DNA of 64,000 nucleotides from Monocercomonoides exilis PA203 (GCA_001643675.2 LSRY02000014.1:1736001-1800000), one strand, 5' to 3'; shown: positions 25,513 to 38,924, numbered from the stretch's first letter. The notes: generated by a model from the sequence alone, not told the origin. Made by a program: numbers and translations.

Positions 25513-27928
25513 AAATGGAAATAGAAATAGCAAAAGAAGATGAGAAGAGGAGGAGGTGAAAGAAAAAAGAGGTGAAGACGAAGTATTCAATGGAGAAAAA
25601 GAAGAAAAAGAATATGATAATGACGACGATGATGAATGAATAAAAAGGAAGAAAATCAAAACCATCAAAATGAATAGCAATGACGCGCATTAATTTTTTA
25701 TTCAGACAAAGAAACTTTCACAAAAAGGAGATGAACAACTTTCAAAATGAAAATAAAGAAACAAATTCTGAATACAGAAAACAAAAAAATATGTAATTTT
25801 TGAAATCATTTTTTTTTTTAAATATGAAACATGAAAGTATTTCTTTTCATATTCATGGACAATATATCTTTGATTCACTTTTATTTTAAAAAACTCGCAA
25901 TATTCTTATTTTTGTCAAAACAAACTATTCTTAACAAAAAAGAATTAATCATCTATTGCAAATGACAATAAGCATTATGGAAAATCGTTAAAAGAATGTC
26001 TATTGAAGATAATATTTTTTTAAACATAAATACATACTGAAGTTTTATTCTTTTCAAATATGAATTATAATGAAAATGCAAAATTGAAAATAATACTTCA
26101 AAAACTTTAACAAACAAATTGAGCAATCTTGTTGCACAATTGAAGTGAAAGTTATAACCTCTGTGAAAGTATGAAAAAGAACTGAAATGAAATAATGTTT
26201 AATTAAGGTTTGTTGATTGACAATTGTGCAGAAATTTTTTTCGAAAATTATTAATTGTTGGTAAGTGTTTTATCCTTTTCAAAACAAATTTCAAAAAATT
26301 GTTTGTTTTTATCAAATTAAAAAAAAAAAAAAAAAAAACTGACGGGCACTGACTGACTTGGTCTCGCCTTTTCAAAGGTGACGCAGATGTTTAAATATGA
26401 TAATGTATTTGTTGTTTAATCATTTTAAATGAAAACTGCCTTTTACATAGAGAGTTTATAATAAATAATAACTGCTTAAAAAATACCAATCAGATTATAA
26501 TACCTCAATAACCAACAACACCGCATTTCTTTTTAAAAAAATAGTTTTATTTGTCATGAAAATTATAACAGATATGTTTTATAATCTATTGAACGCGTGT
26601 TAAGTTCTCTTTATTAAAGTTTTGCAATTTAAATAAAAATTTTAAAAATTTTCTTTGAAAACTGAAAAAAACAAATATTAAATAATTAATATCTATAAAT
26701 GAACAATAACAATAATAATAATATTTTTAGCAGTATTTTCGCATAATTTTACTTATTTTTTTCTTATCAGCCCAACCCTTAATGAAATATATATTTGATC
26801 AAACGTCGGAATTTTTTATGATATCAAAAAAATCACCCAAATTCAAAAGACCTTCTGTCTCAAAAGAAAAAAAAAATGAGACAAAAAATAAAAGAAAACC
26901 AGTTTACAAACCTCTGATTGAATATTTTTTTTGAGGAATTGTGTTTTTGTTGAGATGGAAAAGCAACAATTTAATCAGGCACTATTTTCAGTGTTTTGAA
27001 ATTTTTCAAGATCTATCAATTTCACCAACTTTTTGTTTGATTTGATTTCACGAAACCCTCCTTCCCTAGCTCCTCTCAAAACAGTGTAAGATTTTGTTGC
27101 AGTTTTCCGAGTAACTGAGTATTTCTTTCTATTTTTGTTCATTTGTAAAAAAAAAATGAGAAGAGTTATTGATTATTAAATACAGCATTCAGCATGTGAA
27201 AAAGGAACCCTTTATTTTCATGAAGTTTTTATTTTCACTTTTTAGAAAAAAACCTCAATTAAAAATGCTCACAAAAAATGAATTCCAAGAAAAGAAAGAT
27301 AGAAAAGAAATTATTGATTTTGGATGTCACTTGCTTTTTTCATGAGAAGCCATTCTGTTCTTTCTGAAACAAGAGATGGTTTTTTTTTTTGTTTTTGAAA
27401 AACAAAATCGTGATTCTTTATTAACGATTATAATTCCAATTTCTTTCATCATTTATTTTTTCATTCATTCTGACTTTTACAGACATTTGATTTCAAACAA
27501 ACATTCAGTCAAAAACAACTTGAGTTGCTGTTATTTCCACCTGTTGAAAAGAATAAAATATGACAAAAAAATCTAATTTGTGAAATGGAACGAATTGCGG
27601 ATGACATTGAAAAAGATGATAGATGAAAAAAGGAAGAGCGAGAACAAGAAAAGAACGACAGTTTTCATCGAACAACATTTCTTTCATTCTTAAGTGTTGT
27701 GATTGATCCGAATCAGTCCATCCATCTTTTAATTGCAAAGAAACCTCCACTTTTTTTCATGATGAATTCCTTTTTCCTTTTCATTATTTTTCGTTGCTTC
27801 TCTCCATTTCGAAGGAATGAAAAAATCTTAAAAACAACTTTCAAACAAGTGTTTGCGTTCGAATTTGTGAAATGAAAATAAATGAAAAACATAAAATGAT
27901 TTGTGTTACAAAAATCAAATTCAATTCC

Positions 27929-29377
27929 TCAAACACTCACAAAATAATCTGAAATATTCAATGAAAATGCGTTATAATAATATTTTCTCTTCAGGAAATC
28001 AAATTTTCCTTGAAAGCTAACGATGGCATCTTCATGCCCTTTCTCTTCCATCATTTCAAATATCTTCCTTTTTATCTCCTTTTTTTTCTCTTCTTCTGCA
28101 GTGGTGTGAGCTTCTCTTTTCAACAGTTTTGAAAAGCCCAAAAAGAATGCCAAGAATTCATACGCCACTTTATCCTTCAACGCCGACTGCTGAATCTCCT
28201 CCACCAGCAGATCAAAAATTCCTTCTTTTTGAAAAACATCAACAAAAACTGTTTCAATGTCTGCAACATGACGAAAAGTTGTGATGCAAAGTTCATATAT
28301 TTCTTTTTCATTCACTCTGGCTGTTTTGCACAGTTTCCCAAGGCAACGAATAAATTCCATGCGTTCTTCTTTACTCGAATTAGCGTGATAAGCATTATCT
28401 TGGACAGCTAAAATCCACTTCAATATTATCCATTTCTCTTTTCTTTCTTTTCCTTCTCTTTCCTCTCCATCTTTCTTCTTCCAATCCACACATTTTGTCA
28501 GCTCTTCCAGTTCTCTTGAAGCCTCTCTGATGAATTTCAGCTCATTCACAAAATTTTCTTCGAAACTTTTGTCATATCTCAATCTGTTGATTAGAAATTT
28601 CCAAGCTGATTGATATGCGAGTCGAGTCAGATTGCGATGCTCCTGGTGATGTTGGATGATCTCTCTCATCTCGTTAAAATACAAATCTTCATTGCCAGGC
28701 TTTCAAAAGCAAAGTCAAAAATATCGGTTGACAAATAAACAAACAAAAAATAATACAATTTCATACAGCTACACTGCCAATATTGCTCAAAGCCAAAACT
28801 GCCATTTCCACTTCTTTTTGTGCTTCCCTGCTTCCTTTTTTGTTCAATCCAACTTTCAAAAGACACGGCACAGCAATCGCAGGCAATTCCTCCTTGGAGT
28901 TGTAATAAAAGCGCAGCATCGCACAGCATTCGCAAAGATCAATCAACAGTTTTGGATTCTTTCTTCTTCTTTTCCTTTCTTCTTCTTCTTCTTCTTCTTC
29001 GCAAATCATCTCTTTCAATCTTTTGCACAACCTAGAATTGTCAAAGTTCACCATCCAAAAATTCCGCAGCAATTTGCAATATCCAATGCGCTCCAGCAGC
29101 AAAATGGCATTTTCCATCGGCAGCTTCTCTTCTTCAATCATTTCATCCATTTCATCAAATAATTTTGTACCGAAAACAGAATTGAATTCTTCTTGATGCA
29201 TCTCATATGCAATCTTATCCAGTTCTTCAATCATGTGTCTTTGTTCACTTCCGTTCCAATCTTCCAGCTGTGAAAAAATCTCTTCAAAAAACAAATATAG
29301 AAATTAAAAAACAAAAAATTCGATTGCAAAAACAATCGCAAACGAGTGAACCTATCTTTAGCCGACATCTCCTGCAT
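27929..29377 (-). CDS. Helical multigene-family protein, copy B; exons 29377-29344, 29281-28767, 28699-27929
   Basis: ORFs 28761-29294 and 27929-28684 are joined by GT-AG introns that mirror copy C. Family motifs KEVEMAVLALSNI and HRNLTRLAYQSAW are present. Confidence 0.82.
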
Positions 29378-29861
29378 TTTGGCATCCGCAGCGCAACCTG
29401 CAAATACCCTCATCAATTCAATTCAAATAGAAAACGATTCCCAACAAAAGTGAAAAAAGACAAAATTCAGAAACTCGCTGCAAATATTCCAAATTGTGCA
29501 CATACGCCATTCCCTTCGATATACGTATTTTGGTCAAGTGCTTACAGATTTATGAAACTCTTTTTTGTTGATGGTTTGCTGTTATGGACACTCGGATCAA
29601 ATCGGTTGATTTGAACAGGAATATCCAACGGCAAATGGTGAGATGAATGAATGAACGTTTCCTATGGTGATAGAAGTTTTGCATTCTGTGGTTTTGCGAG
29701 ACAACGACAACGAATTATCGAATTTGGAATTTTTGTGTGAGAATACTCCAAAAAGCATTGATGAAGGATAACAGATTTGAAAAAATTGAATGAAAATAAG
29801 CTGCTGTATGTATTTATTATTGTTCTATTATTTGAGAAGACATATTATTTTATAACCTTTC
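28456..29861. repeat. Left arm of a 1406-bp inverted duplication
   Basis: Reverse complement of 32879-34284. All mirrored ORFs have identical translations and coordinates summing to 62740 (no net indel). Confidence 0.96.
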
Positions 29862-31085
29862 CAAAATCAAGGAATTTGATTAATAATTTCGATGGAAAAT
29901 TTTGTTAAAATGGAAGAATGGCCAATATTCATGAAATAAAGCCTTTTCAAAAATGAAGGGGACATTATCAAGAATTTGTGGGAAAGATTTGCGGAGAGAC
30001 ATCGAATATAGCAGAAGATAGAATTGTTTGATGGAAGGGAAATAGGCTCAAAGGAATGGATCAGGAGACGGGCTGCGGATGCGACAGGGAAGGATGCATT
30101 TCACGGGAGGAGAAAGACAAAGCATTGTTTTTTTGGGCTGGTGAGAGTGACAGAACTGGATTTCATTGTCTGGTTTGACTTCCAACAACACAAGAATATC
30201 TGACAGTTCAGTGTCATTTTCAATCTTCAAAGCGAGTCAGTTATTTTCTTGTTGCCATCGTCAGAACACTGTCCGTTTGAAGGATATCTGAAGCAGAGAG
30301 CAGAGTTTCTGATGTCCTTCATGCCAGCAAAGCGAGTCTCTTCAAAGACATTTCCATCTCCCTCAGCGCATCAATCATCTCCATCGCACCTCCATTGAAC
30401 ATTCCACGTTTCATCCTCCAAAAGACTTTGTTGTTGATTTTTCTCATTCATTATCCACTTCGCCTGAAACTCATCTATTTCTATCAATAACATCATCATC
30501 ATTCTTCTTCTTCAACTTCTTCTTCTTCTTCTTCCTCTTCGGCAATCCACAAGCACTTCTTCCTCCATCTGCCTCTTGCCCAGCCTGCAGCAGCAGTCGA
30601 ATGAGATCAAGTTTGTGAAAAAATGATCGTTTGTTGTTCATCGAAACTGCCCGGCAGAATATCTGGAACAGAAAAGATGGAAGCATCTTCTTCATGCAGC
30701 AGAGGCAATGATGAAAAAATAAAAATAAAAAGAAAGAAAGAAAAGCGAGTGAAATGCTCAATTTGCTGAAGAACATTCAGAAGCGAAAAGTCTTTCGAGT
30801 GGACTGCAAATGGACTGTGGAACGGCGAAGCTGAAGAGAGCTGTGTTGATTATTGAAATGATCATTTAATCTTCTGCACCTTTTTTTTCATTCTATTCAA
30901 CGTTTTACAAAATTATCTTTTCATCAACAAAGAAACAAACGATTTTTGATAATTTTCGATTTTTTCCAATTCTGATGGCATTCTCCATTAAAAATTAATA
31001 AGTTTATTAATAAATACGGCATGTTTATATATTTCATAGCAATGCACACAAAAGACAGAATGAATAAAAAAATAAAAAATATCAG

Positions 31086-31877
31086 TCATTGAAGTGATTT
31101 CTTGTGTCTGGTGTTTTTGATGGAAGGATAGAATTTGAAAAAGACCACAACCAGAAACACAACCACGAAAATAACAGGAAATGAAAATGCCTTCAATTCG
31201 CAATCGACCTCCACTAAGTCGTATGCCCCGCTGCTGCGCACCTTCTCCAAATCTGAAAACGCTTTCTCCCTGTTTGTGCAGTCAATTTTCAGATGAGTAA
31301 AGCGATCCTCAATCGACTTCACAATAATCTTGTCTTTTTGGTCGTTTTGTGACGTAAATCGCAACATTTTATCTTGTGTCATTTGGAACGGATTTTTCCG
31401 TTGTTCACTCGCAATGGACTTCATCAGCGCGGAATGAGGGCGCGCAACAACAATTCCATTAAATGGACCCTCTCCTTGCTCAGAAATCTTGCTCGTCCAC
31501 AAACAGTCTGCGCCTTCTTTGTTTGCCTCTTCCACCAGCGATTGGACAAGTTGCTTGTTTTTCACAAACACATTCTGATCAATCCAAACTCCGCCATATT
31601 TTTCTAGAATAATCGGCTGCAGCACCATCGACTGCATCGTAAAATTCAGCGAATTAAACTCACGCGGCAACTCTGGCTCCCCTGCATAGAATGGGAGAGA
31701 TTTTTTGTTCATCACCATCACTGGAATCGTCGAAAATTCCATTTCTCTTTTCTGAAGGAGATGCTCGATAGAAGGCTGAACATCCGTGTTCACATACGTG
31801 TACACTTTCGTCGGAATAATCTCTTCCGACAGCACAAAGTGTGCCGCGGAAAATGCCAGCACGCAAGCCAGAAACAT
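31086..31877 (-). CDS. Putative GT32-like (Gly_transf_sug / DXD-type) glycosyltransferase with signal peptide and C-terminal TM helix
   Basis: Intact 263-aa ORF. IIPTKVY near the N-terminus, ILEKYGGVWIDQN (family LxxYGGxYxDxD motif) and NGIVVARPHS (NxxxxxxPxHP-like). Both termini are hydrophobic. Confidence 0.72.
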   Translation of the reverse strand: MFLACVLAFSAAHFVLSEEIIPTKVYTYVNTDVQPSIEHLLQKREMEFSTIPVMVMNKKSLPFYAGEPELPREFNSLNFTMQSMVLQPIILEKYGGVWIDQNVFVKNKQLVQSLVEEANKEGADCLWTSKISEQGEGPFNGIVVARPHSALMKSIASEQRKNPFQMTQDKMLRFTSQNDQKDKIIVKSIEDRFTHLKIDCTNREKAFSDLEKVRSSGAYDLVEVDCELKAFSFPVIFVVVFLVVVFFKFYPSIKNTRHKKSLQ

Positions 31878-32878
31878 TTGTCAGAAAAAAGGGCCAATAA
31901 ACAATAATGGGTGATATGAGAAAAAATTTTATCAATGCTTGTTCAACCATGAATGGCTTTAATAATATTAATAAAAAGGAATTAGAGGAAAATGAAGAAA
32001 ACGAAAAAAAAGAGAAGAAAAGGAAGAAAACAAAACAAAACAAAAACAGGATGAAGTGAAGTGAATTGAATGAGATGGTTGGTAAAAGAAATGTGAAAAG
32101 AGAAATGCCACAAATGATAAAGAAACGTTGCTTATTTCTCTTCTTCAAGATTTCGTCTTTTTCTTCCTCAATGCCCTTCTGGATCGAATGTCCCCCCATT
32201 CCATCACATATTCAAAAAAATCCTCTTTCTGTTTCCCTCATTCCTCATTTTCCACCTTCCCTTCCTTTCTTTCGCTCAAATCATCTTTCCCCAAAAATAA
32301 CCCTTTTTCAAATCCCAATCTCAACATTCTTTTGTAATGCCTTTTCATTCACTCCTCTCTTTCTTTCACGCTCTTCTTTTTCTTTCTTCAAAAACATCAA
32401 ATCCTTCTTTTTTTAAATCGAGTGAAATAAAAATAACAATTTAAAAAAGACACTAACAGATAAAGAAACAAACCTTCATCATTAATTTTTGAGCCATTTC
32501 CAATTTCTAATTCCAAAGACAGTGTTCGTTTTTATCAACAAAAATTCAATCCAATATATTTCTCTCCATTTCTTCCGTTTTCAATTGCTTTTTCTCAGAT
32601 TTGCCATCGACCCTTATTGTTGACTCTTAAAACCCCAAAATGCTTCTGCTTCCAATGTTTCTGCAAAATATTGAAATCATTAACTTTCTTTTTCTTTCGA
32701 TCCCACACACTTATTCTCAAAAACTTAGTTGTCTCATTGAAATTCAACTTAAAGCAGAAATCCATAAAGCTTATTATTCACTGTTCCAGCAGTCAAAATA
32801 TCCTCTACAGGCATTTGATGCTCGTTGCAAGAAAATAGAAACTTCCATTTATTTCAATTCTTTAGATTCTTGACTTTT

Positions 32879-34284
32879 GAAAGGTTATAAAATAATATGT
32901 CTTCTCAAATAATAGAACAATAATAAATACATACAGCAGCTTATTTTCATTCAATTTTTTCAAATCTGTTATCCTTCATCAATGCTTTTTGGAGTATTCT
33001 CACACAAAAATTCCAAATTCGATAATTCGTTGTCGTTGTCTCGCAAAACCACAGAATGCAAAACTTCTATCACCATAGGAAACGTTCATTCATTCATCTC
33101 ACCATTTGCCGTTGGATATTCCTGTTCAAATCAACCGATTTGATCCGAGTGTCCATAACAGCAAACCATCAACAAAAAAGAGTTTCATAAATCTGTAAGC
33201 ACTTGACCAAAATACGTATATCGAAGGGAATGGCGTATGTGCACAATTTGGAATATTTGCAGCGAGTTTCTGAATTTTGTCTTTTTTCACTTTTGTTGGG
33301 AATCGTTTTCTATTTGAATTGAATTGATGAGGGTATTTGCAGGTTGCGCTGCGGATGCCAAAATGCAGGAGATGTCGGCTAAAGATAGGTTCACTCGTTT
33401 GCGATTGTTTTTGCAATCGAATTTTTTGTTTTTTAATTTCTATATTTGTTTTTTGAAGAGATTTTTTCACAGCTGGAAGATTGGAACGGAAGTGAACAAA
33501 GACACATGATTGAAGAACTGGATAAGATTGCATATGAGATGCATCAAGAAGAATTCAATTCTGTTTTCGGTACAAAATTATTTGATGAAATGGATGAAAT
33601 GATTGAAGAAGAGAAGCTGCCGATGGAAAATGCCATTTTGCTGCTGGAGCGCATTGGATATTGCAAATTGCTGCGGAATTTTTGGATGGTGAACTTTGAC
33701 AATTCTAGGTTGTGCAAAAGATTGAAAGAGATGATTTGCGAAGAAGAAGAAGAAGAAGAAGAAAGGAAAAGAAGAAGAAAGAATCCAAAACTGTTGATTG
33801 ATCTTTGCGAATGCTGTGCGATGCTGCGCTTTTATTACAACTCCAAGGAGGAATTGCCTGCGATTGCTGTGCCGTGTCTTTTGAAAGTTGGATTGAACAA
33901 AAAAGGAAGCAGGGAAGCACAAAAAGAAGTGGAAATGGCAGTTTTGGCTTTGAGCAATATTGGCAGTGTAGCTGTATGAAATTGTATTATTTTTTGTTTG
34001 TTTATTTGTCAACCGATATTTTTGACTTTGCTTTTGAAAGCCTGGCAATGAAGATTTGTATTTTAACGAGATGAGAGAGATCATCCAACATCACCAGGAG
34101 CATCGCAATCTGACTCGACTCGCATATCAATCAGCTTGGAAATTTCTAATCAACAGATTGAGATATGACAAAAGTTTCGAAGAAAATTTTGTGAATGAGC
34201 TGAAATTCATCAGAGAGGCTTCAAGAGAACTGGAAGAGCTGACAAAATGTGTGGATTGGAAGAAGAAAGATGGAGAGGAAAGAG
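32879..34284. repeat. Right arm of the 1406-bp inverted duplication
   Basis: See left arm. Identity starts at GAAAGGTTATA and ends at GATGGAGAGGAAAGAG, inside the last exon. Confidence 0.96.
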
Positions 34285-34808
34285 GAACAGAATCTCAGGA
34301 AGAGCTTGTTTTGATGAGGTGGCTCTATGCATTGAGGTGTTTCATTTTGGGATGCAAATTGTGGAGGGAAGAATACGTTGGGATTATCAGCAGCATTGCT
34401 CAGCTATCACGAGCGGCAAAGGATAATCACTTAAGAATTAGAAATTCATGCATTCGGATTTTTTATGAAACAGCAACAGGAAATAAATCAGCGAAAGTTG
34501 ATTTCTTGTTGAAAGGTGGAGCAGTTGATGCTGTTTGGGGGGAGCTTCATAAATCAGCAATGGATAACGAAATTGCAGCGAAAATCTTGAAATTTTTTAT
34601 GAATGTTTCAAAGAAATTGAAAGAAGAGGATAAAGAAGAAAAGGAGAAAGCAAAAAGAAAAGAAACAAAAATGGAATTATTTGAAAAGATGGAAGAAGAA
34701 GGGTACGAAGACATCATCACAAGCTTTTATAAAATATATGTTTATCTTAACAGAAAATATAATCATGAATTATCGTTGAATATTTCTGATTATCTTATGA
34801 ATGTTTGA
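33363..34808 (+). CDS. Helical multigene-family protein, copy C; exons 33363-33396, 33459-33973, 34041-34808
   Basis: Introns GTTTGC..GAAG (62 nt) and GTATGA..AAAG (67 nt) restore one frame: MQEMSAKDRFTQIFSQLED...SNIGSVA|PGNEDLYFNE...DYLMNV. Confidence 0.85.
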
Positions 34809-35039
34809 GGAAGTTCTTTTCACATGATTTAGAATGTCAAAAATCAGAAGAACTGTGAACCACAAACCAGTTTTCCTAATTCTCCATTGTTTTGTATTGA
34901 AATTTTCATATTAGAAACTACAAAAGTTTTCTATTGATGAATTTTTATTTTATTTGATTGTTTTTTCAAAGTTGTGATTTTTTTCTTTTCACAACACAAA
35001 CAGAAAAACTCAAAAAACTTGATTCTTTTTCAATCGGTT

Positions 35040-35048
35040 TCTTCTTTT

Positions 35049-35101
<53 letters not shown>

Positions 35102-35130
35102 TTCTTCTTCTTCTTCTTCTTCTTCTTCTT
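35040..35130 (+). repeat. Compound (CTTT)n(CTT)n microsatellite between convergent genes
   Basis: Direct reading of the sequence. Confidence 0.9.
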
Positions 35131-35277
35131 TGCAGCTGTTGCTTCACTTCATTTTGATGAAGCAGGATAAAAAACACTGTTCAGCAAACATATGAAAATT
35201 AATTTTTGTTCCGTTTTGTGAAATGATAAAAAAAGAGAAAATAGAAAATAAAGAGTAACAAAATTCATTTCATTTTC

Positions 35278-36651
35278 TCAAACATTCGTAAAATATTTTG
35301 AAATATTATGTGGTAATCCACAGCCATATTTATCGTTTGAAAAGTCAAATATAACACAGAGGCTTGCAATGAAATCTTCGTATCCTTCTTCTTCCATCTT
35401 TTCAAAAACCTTCCTTTTCGTTGTCTTTCTTTCCTCTTCTTCCATCTCATAATCCTCCACTTTTTTCAATCTTCTTGAAATCAAACAAAAAAACTCCAAG
35501 CAATCATATGAAATTTGGTCATCCACTGTTGATTGATGAATTCCCTCAAAAACAGCACCAATTGCTCCGCCTTTCATCAAGTCATCAACTTTCACATATC
35601 GATTACTTGCTGCGTTTCTAAAGGAATTGATGCATTCATAACCAATATCTCTGTAATTATCTCTTGATGCTCGAAATAGCTGAGCAACGCTGCTCAAAAG
35701 TCCAGCAAATTCCTCGTTCCAAGATGTATGATAGAGAAAATATGTATTTAATAACTCGAACCATCTCAAAATTTTATCTATCTCTTTTCTTTCTCTTTCT
35801 CTTTTCTCTTCTTTTTTTCTCTTCCATTCCACGCATCTTGACAGTTCTTCCAATTCTCTTGCTGCCTCTCTTCCAAAATGCAGTTCATTCACAACAATAT
35901 CTTCCAAAAATCTGTTGCAGAGTAATCTGTTGATCAAAAACAGCCAAGCTGATTGACAGGCAAGTTTTGTTAGATTTCTGTGTTCCTGATGATATTTGAT
36001 AATTTCTTTGATTTTATTCGTTGACAATTCTCTTTTCACTTCCTATACAAAAAATAAGAAAAAATTAATAAATCAAAAATGAAAAAGAAGCGCTCAAACA
36101 TAAAATACTGGAATGTTGCTCAACGCCAACAAAGCCATTTCCACTTCTTTTCGAGTCTCCTCGCTTTCCTCTTTTTTCAACGCAACTTCCAGAAGGCAGG
36201 GCACACAAATTGAAAACAACTTCGAAGATGGAACTCCGTTGTAAAACAAAAGATAGCATTCACAAAGATCAATCAAAAGTCTTTCGTTTTTCCCTTCTTT
36301 TTTCTCTTCTTCTTCAATGATCATTTCCTGAAATCGATCACTCAAAAAAGAATAATTAAATGCATAATCAAAAATGCATCTCAGCATTTGGCAATATCCA
36401 ACATGCTTTAGCAGCCAAGTGGCATTTCTCATCGAAAGTTTCTTTTCGTCAATCATTTTGTCCATTTTGTTGAATGTTTCTTTGTTGAAAATTGATTTGA
36501 ATTCTTCTTTATCCATTTCATCAATCATTTCATTCATTTCTTCAATTTTCTGTTTCTGTTCAGCTTCAGTGAATTGTTCCAACTGTAAGAGTTTCTCTAA
36601 AAAAGGTGAAAAATCATAAGAGAAAAAACGCACATTTGTTGATTTAACCAT
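35278..36651 (-). CDS. Helical multigene-family protein, copy D; intron 36099-36043; 5' end uncertain
   Basis: KEVEMALLALSNIPVFY|EVKRELS..HQEHRNLTKLACQSAW..FEKMEEEGYED. A GTTTGA..TATAG intron sits at the same position as in copies A-C. Confidence 0.82.
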
Positions 36652-37659
36652 TCATTTCTTATAAAATTTTGGCAAACCCAGAAACATTTGTATTTTTGAA
36701 GGTGACTGTGAAATCGTAAAATTTTTTCAAAACAGTTAATAAATTCATTTTCAGAATTGCCACGTAATATTCGCATAAATAGAATTAAAAACATCAAATC
36801 AAATATCTAATAAAGCTGAAGTCCAAACCTCTTTTGCCATCATGATTTTGACCTTTAATCAAGCAAATCAATGAAACAAAATTATCTTGTTTTTGTCAAA
36901 ATAAATAAGGGTTCAGATCTATAATTTTATAAATGAAGATTTTTTTTGGAGCTTTGCGACAGCATGAGCTTGTTTGAGCGCTCAGATGCATAGTTTCAGA
37001 TGCACCCATGCGAGTTATTGCACGGCAGAAGAACAGGTACTTTTCTTGCAGATGAAGGAGCGAGTGGCTGTTTGCATCGATTGCATTTGAAAAGTGAATT
37101 AGTGGGGGGAAGTTGCATGAAATTTGAACGCGGTAGAAAATTGCAAAACATATGATGCAACATCTGCTGCAATATTTTGAAAGAGAAAAACTCAAGAAAG
37201 ATACAAAATAAGCGAGCAGAATACTTAAGAAGGATTGAATTGAACCGCTTGTTCATTTCGAGGGAAAGTGCAGTGCACTTGGCATATCATTTGAGCAGGA
37301 TTTGTTTTGGGTGATTTTTTTTATTGGGAGGTTGAGCTTTGTTTAAAAGGAAAGGAAATTGAGGAGTTGGACAATGGAGGAAGCGAACAGAGAGAAACAC
37401 TCAGCTGGTTTTAACAGCAATCTCTTTTGAATTTTGCACGAATCCTACTAGAAAGCCGTCAGCAAAGACTTGACGTTGAATAAGACTTTGAAAAGGAGTA
37501 AATTTGGAGAATATATATTTTCATCAGATATCACAGCAAACTTCGCAATGGATTCTAAGAACAAGAAAACCAGTTTGGTTGTTATTACCAATCCATTAGA
37601 GATGGGAAAATATTTTAATACCAAAAAGATGGTTTGACTTTTTAATTTCATTCATTTTT

Positions 37660-38893
37660 CTTTCAAGGTGTTCTTTGAATGAATACAGATTGATCACGAA
37701 CAGGAATGCCACAAAGAGAGAGAAGCTCTGGAATCCTTTGCAAAAGAACCAGATGTTTCATAAATTTGTCTGTATGTGTTTCATTCAACAATAACATTTG
37801 TGACTTCCGCCATCTGTTTTTCATGCTGCATAACCTGATAATGCTTGGCATGAGCTTGAAAGATAAATGCAGTTTATTCGGCTTATTTGTTGAGGGTATT
37901 GGGCAGAGACGGCTCGTTTATCGGAGCTGATGAGCTGGAAGGGCATTCGCATTCAGAACACATTCAGTTATTTCTATCACCCAACATGACTTGGAAAAAC
38001 TGGTATCTTCTATTTTTCTTCACCTTCTTCTTCACCTTCTTCCTCACCTTTCTTATCTTTCTCAACAGTCTCAATTCAATAAAGGATGTTCATCGCCACA
38101 ATCGATTCATCAATCACATAATCATAAAATTCTTCATTTTCTTCTCCTCGCATTTGAAGAAGTTGACTTCGATGGCAATAATTTCAATCATCAATGTCTT
38201 CTTCTCTGCCAATATCCTCATCACACATGAAGTTCACTTGAATTGTTGACAGCATTGGACAAACACAATTATCCTTTTTCTGAGGGAAAAGCTGTTCAAC
38301 CACACAAAGGCATTCGATGATTTGTGGGCTTCCTTCTTCATCTGTTTGTATCTCTCTCTCTTTCACACATTTTGTGATGAAGATTGTTTATTTTATCTGA
38401 AATCAACTCATCGGATGATATATTTTATTTAATCAACCTCGCTCAAATCATCATCAACATCTTTATTAAAAGGATTAAATTCGTTTCACAATCCTCAATT
38501 GCTCCACCTTCATATCCCTCATTATCTTCTGCTTCCTCTTCTTCTACACCTTCTTCATCTTCTTCAACGTACTCTTTGTTGGATTTCTTCTCACTGCCTG
38601 CCAATCCAAACCATCGATCTTCAAATGCATTTATTCCGTTCGATTCGACAGAGCGGGAAAATTGAACCGAAAATTGTTCCATTTCCTTTCCTTCAACTCA
38701 GATGATCAATCGTTGAATTAGCCTTCGTTTCATGTTTCATTCACGATTCCGAAGATAAAAAAAAGCCATCTGTGCAAATTCATTTTCTTCTTCTTCTTCC
38801 AAACAAAATCAAAATCAAACTCAAACTCAAACTCAAGCTTCAAACACATCATCATCGTCTTCTTCTTCTTTTTCTTCTTTTCTTTTCTCACTC

Positions 38894-38924
<31 letters not shown>

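Larger units (their letters stand above)
23211..26393. mobile_element. 3183-bp non-autonomous 'Pack'-type TIR transposon, hAT-like (16-bp perfect TIR, 8-bp TSD AATATGAT)
   Basis: TAAACATCTGCGTCAC at 23211-23226 and its reverse complement at 26378-26393. AATATGAT is directly repeated at 23203-23210 and 26394-26401. Subterminal TGACGTG/CTGAC motifs are present; no transposase was recognised. Confidence 0.88.

Noticed and set aside
23210-26394. piggyBac/Kolobok assignment based on TTAA at both ends
   Set aside because: An exact 8-bp direct repeat (AATATGAT) flanks a 16-bp TIR, which explains the flanks better than a TTAA TSD.
28456-34284. Site-specific phase-variation switch (shufflon-like), or a large TIR transposon
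   Set aside because: No recombinase or transposase is encoded and no TSD was seen. The arms end mid-exon, and inversion would not alter either flanking gene because the identical 5' parts lie within the arms.
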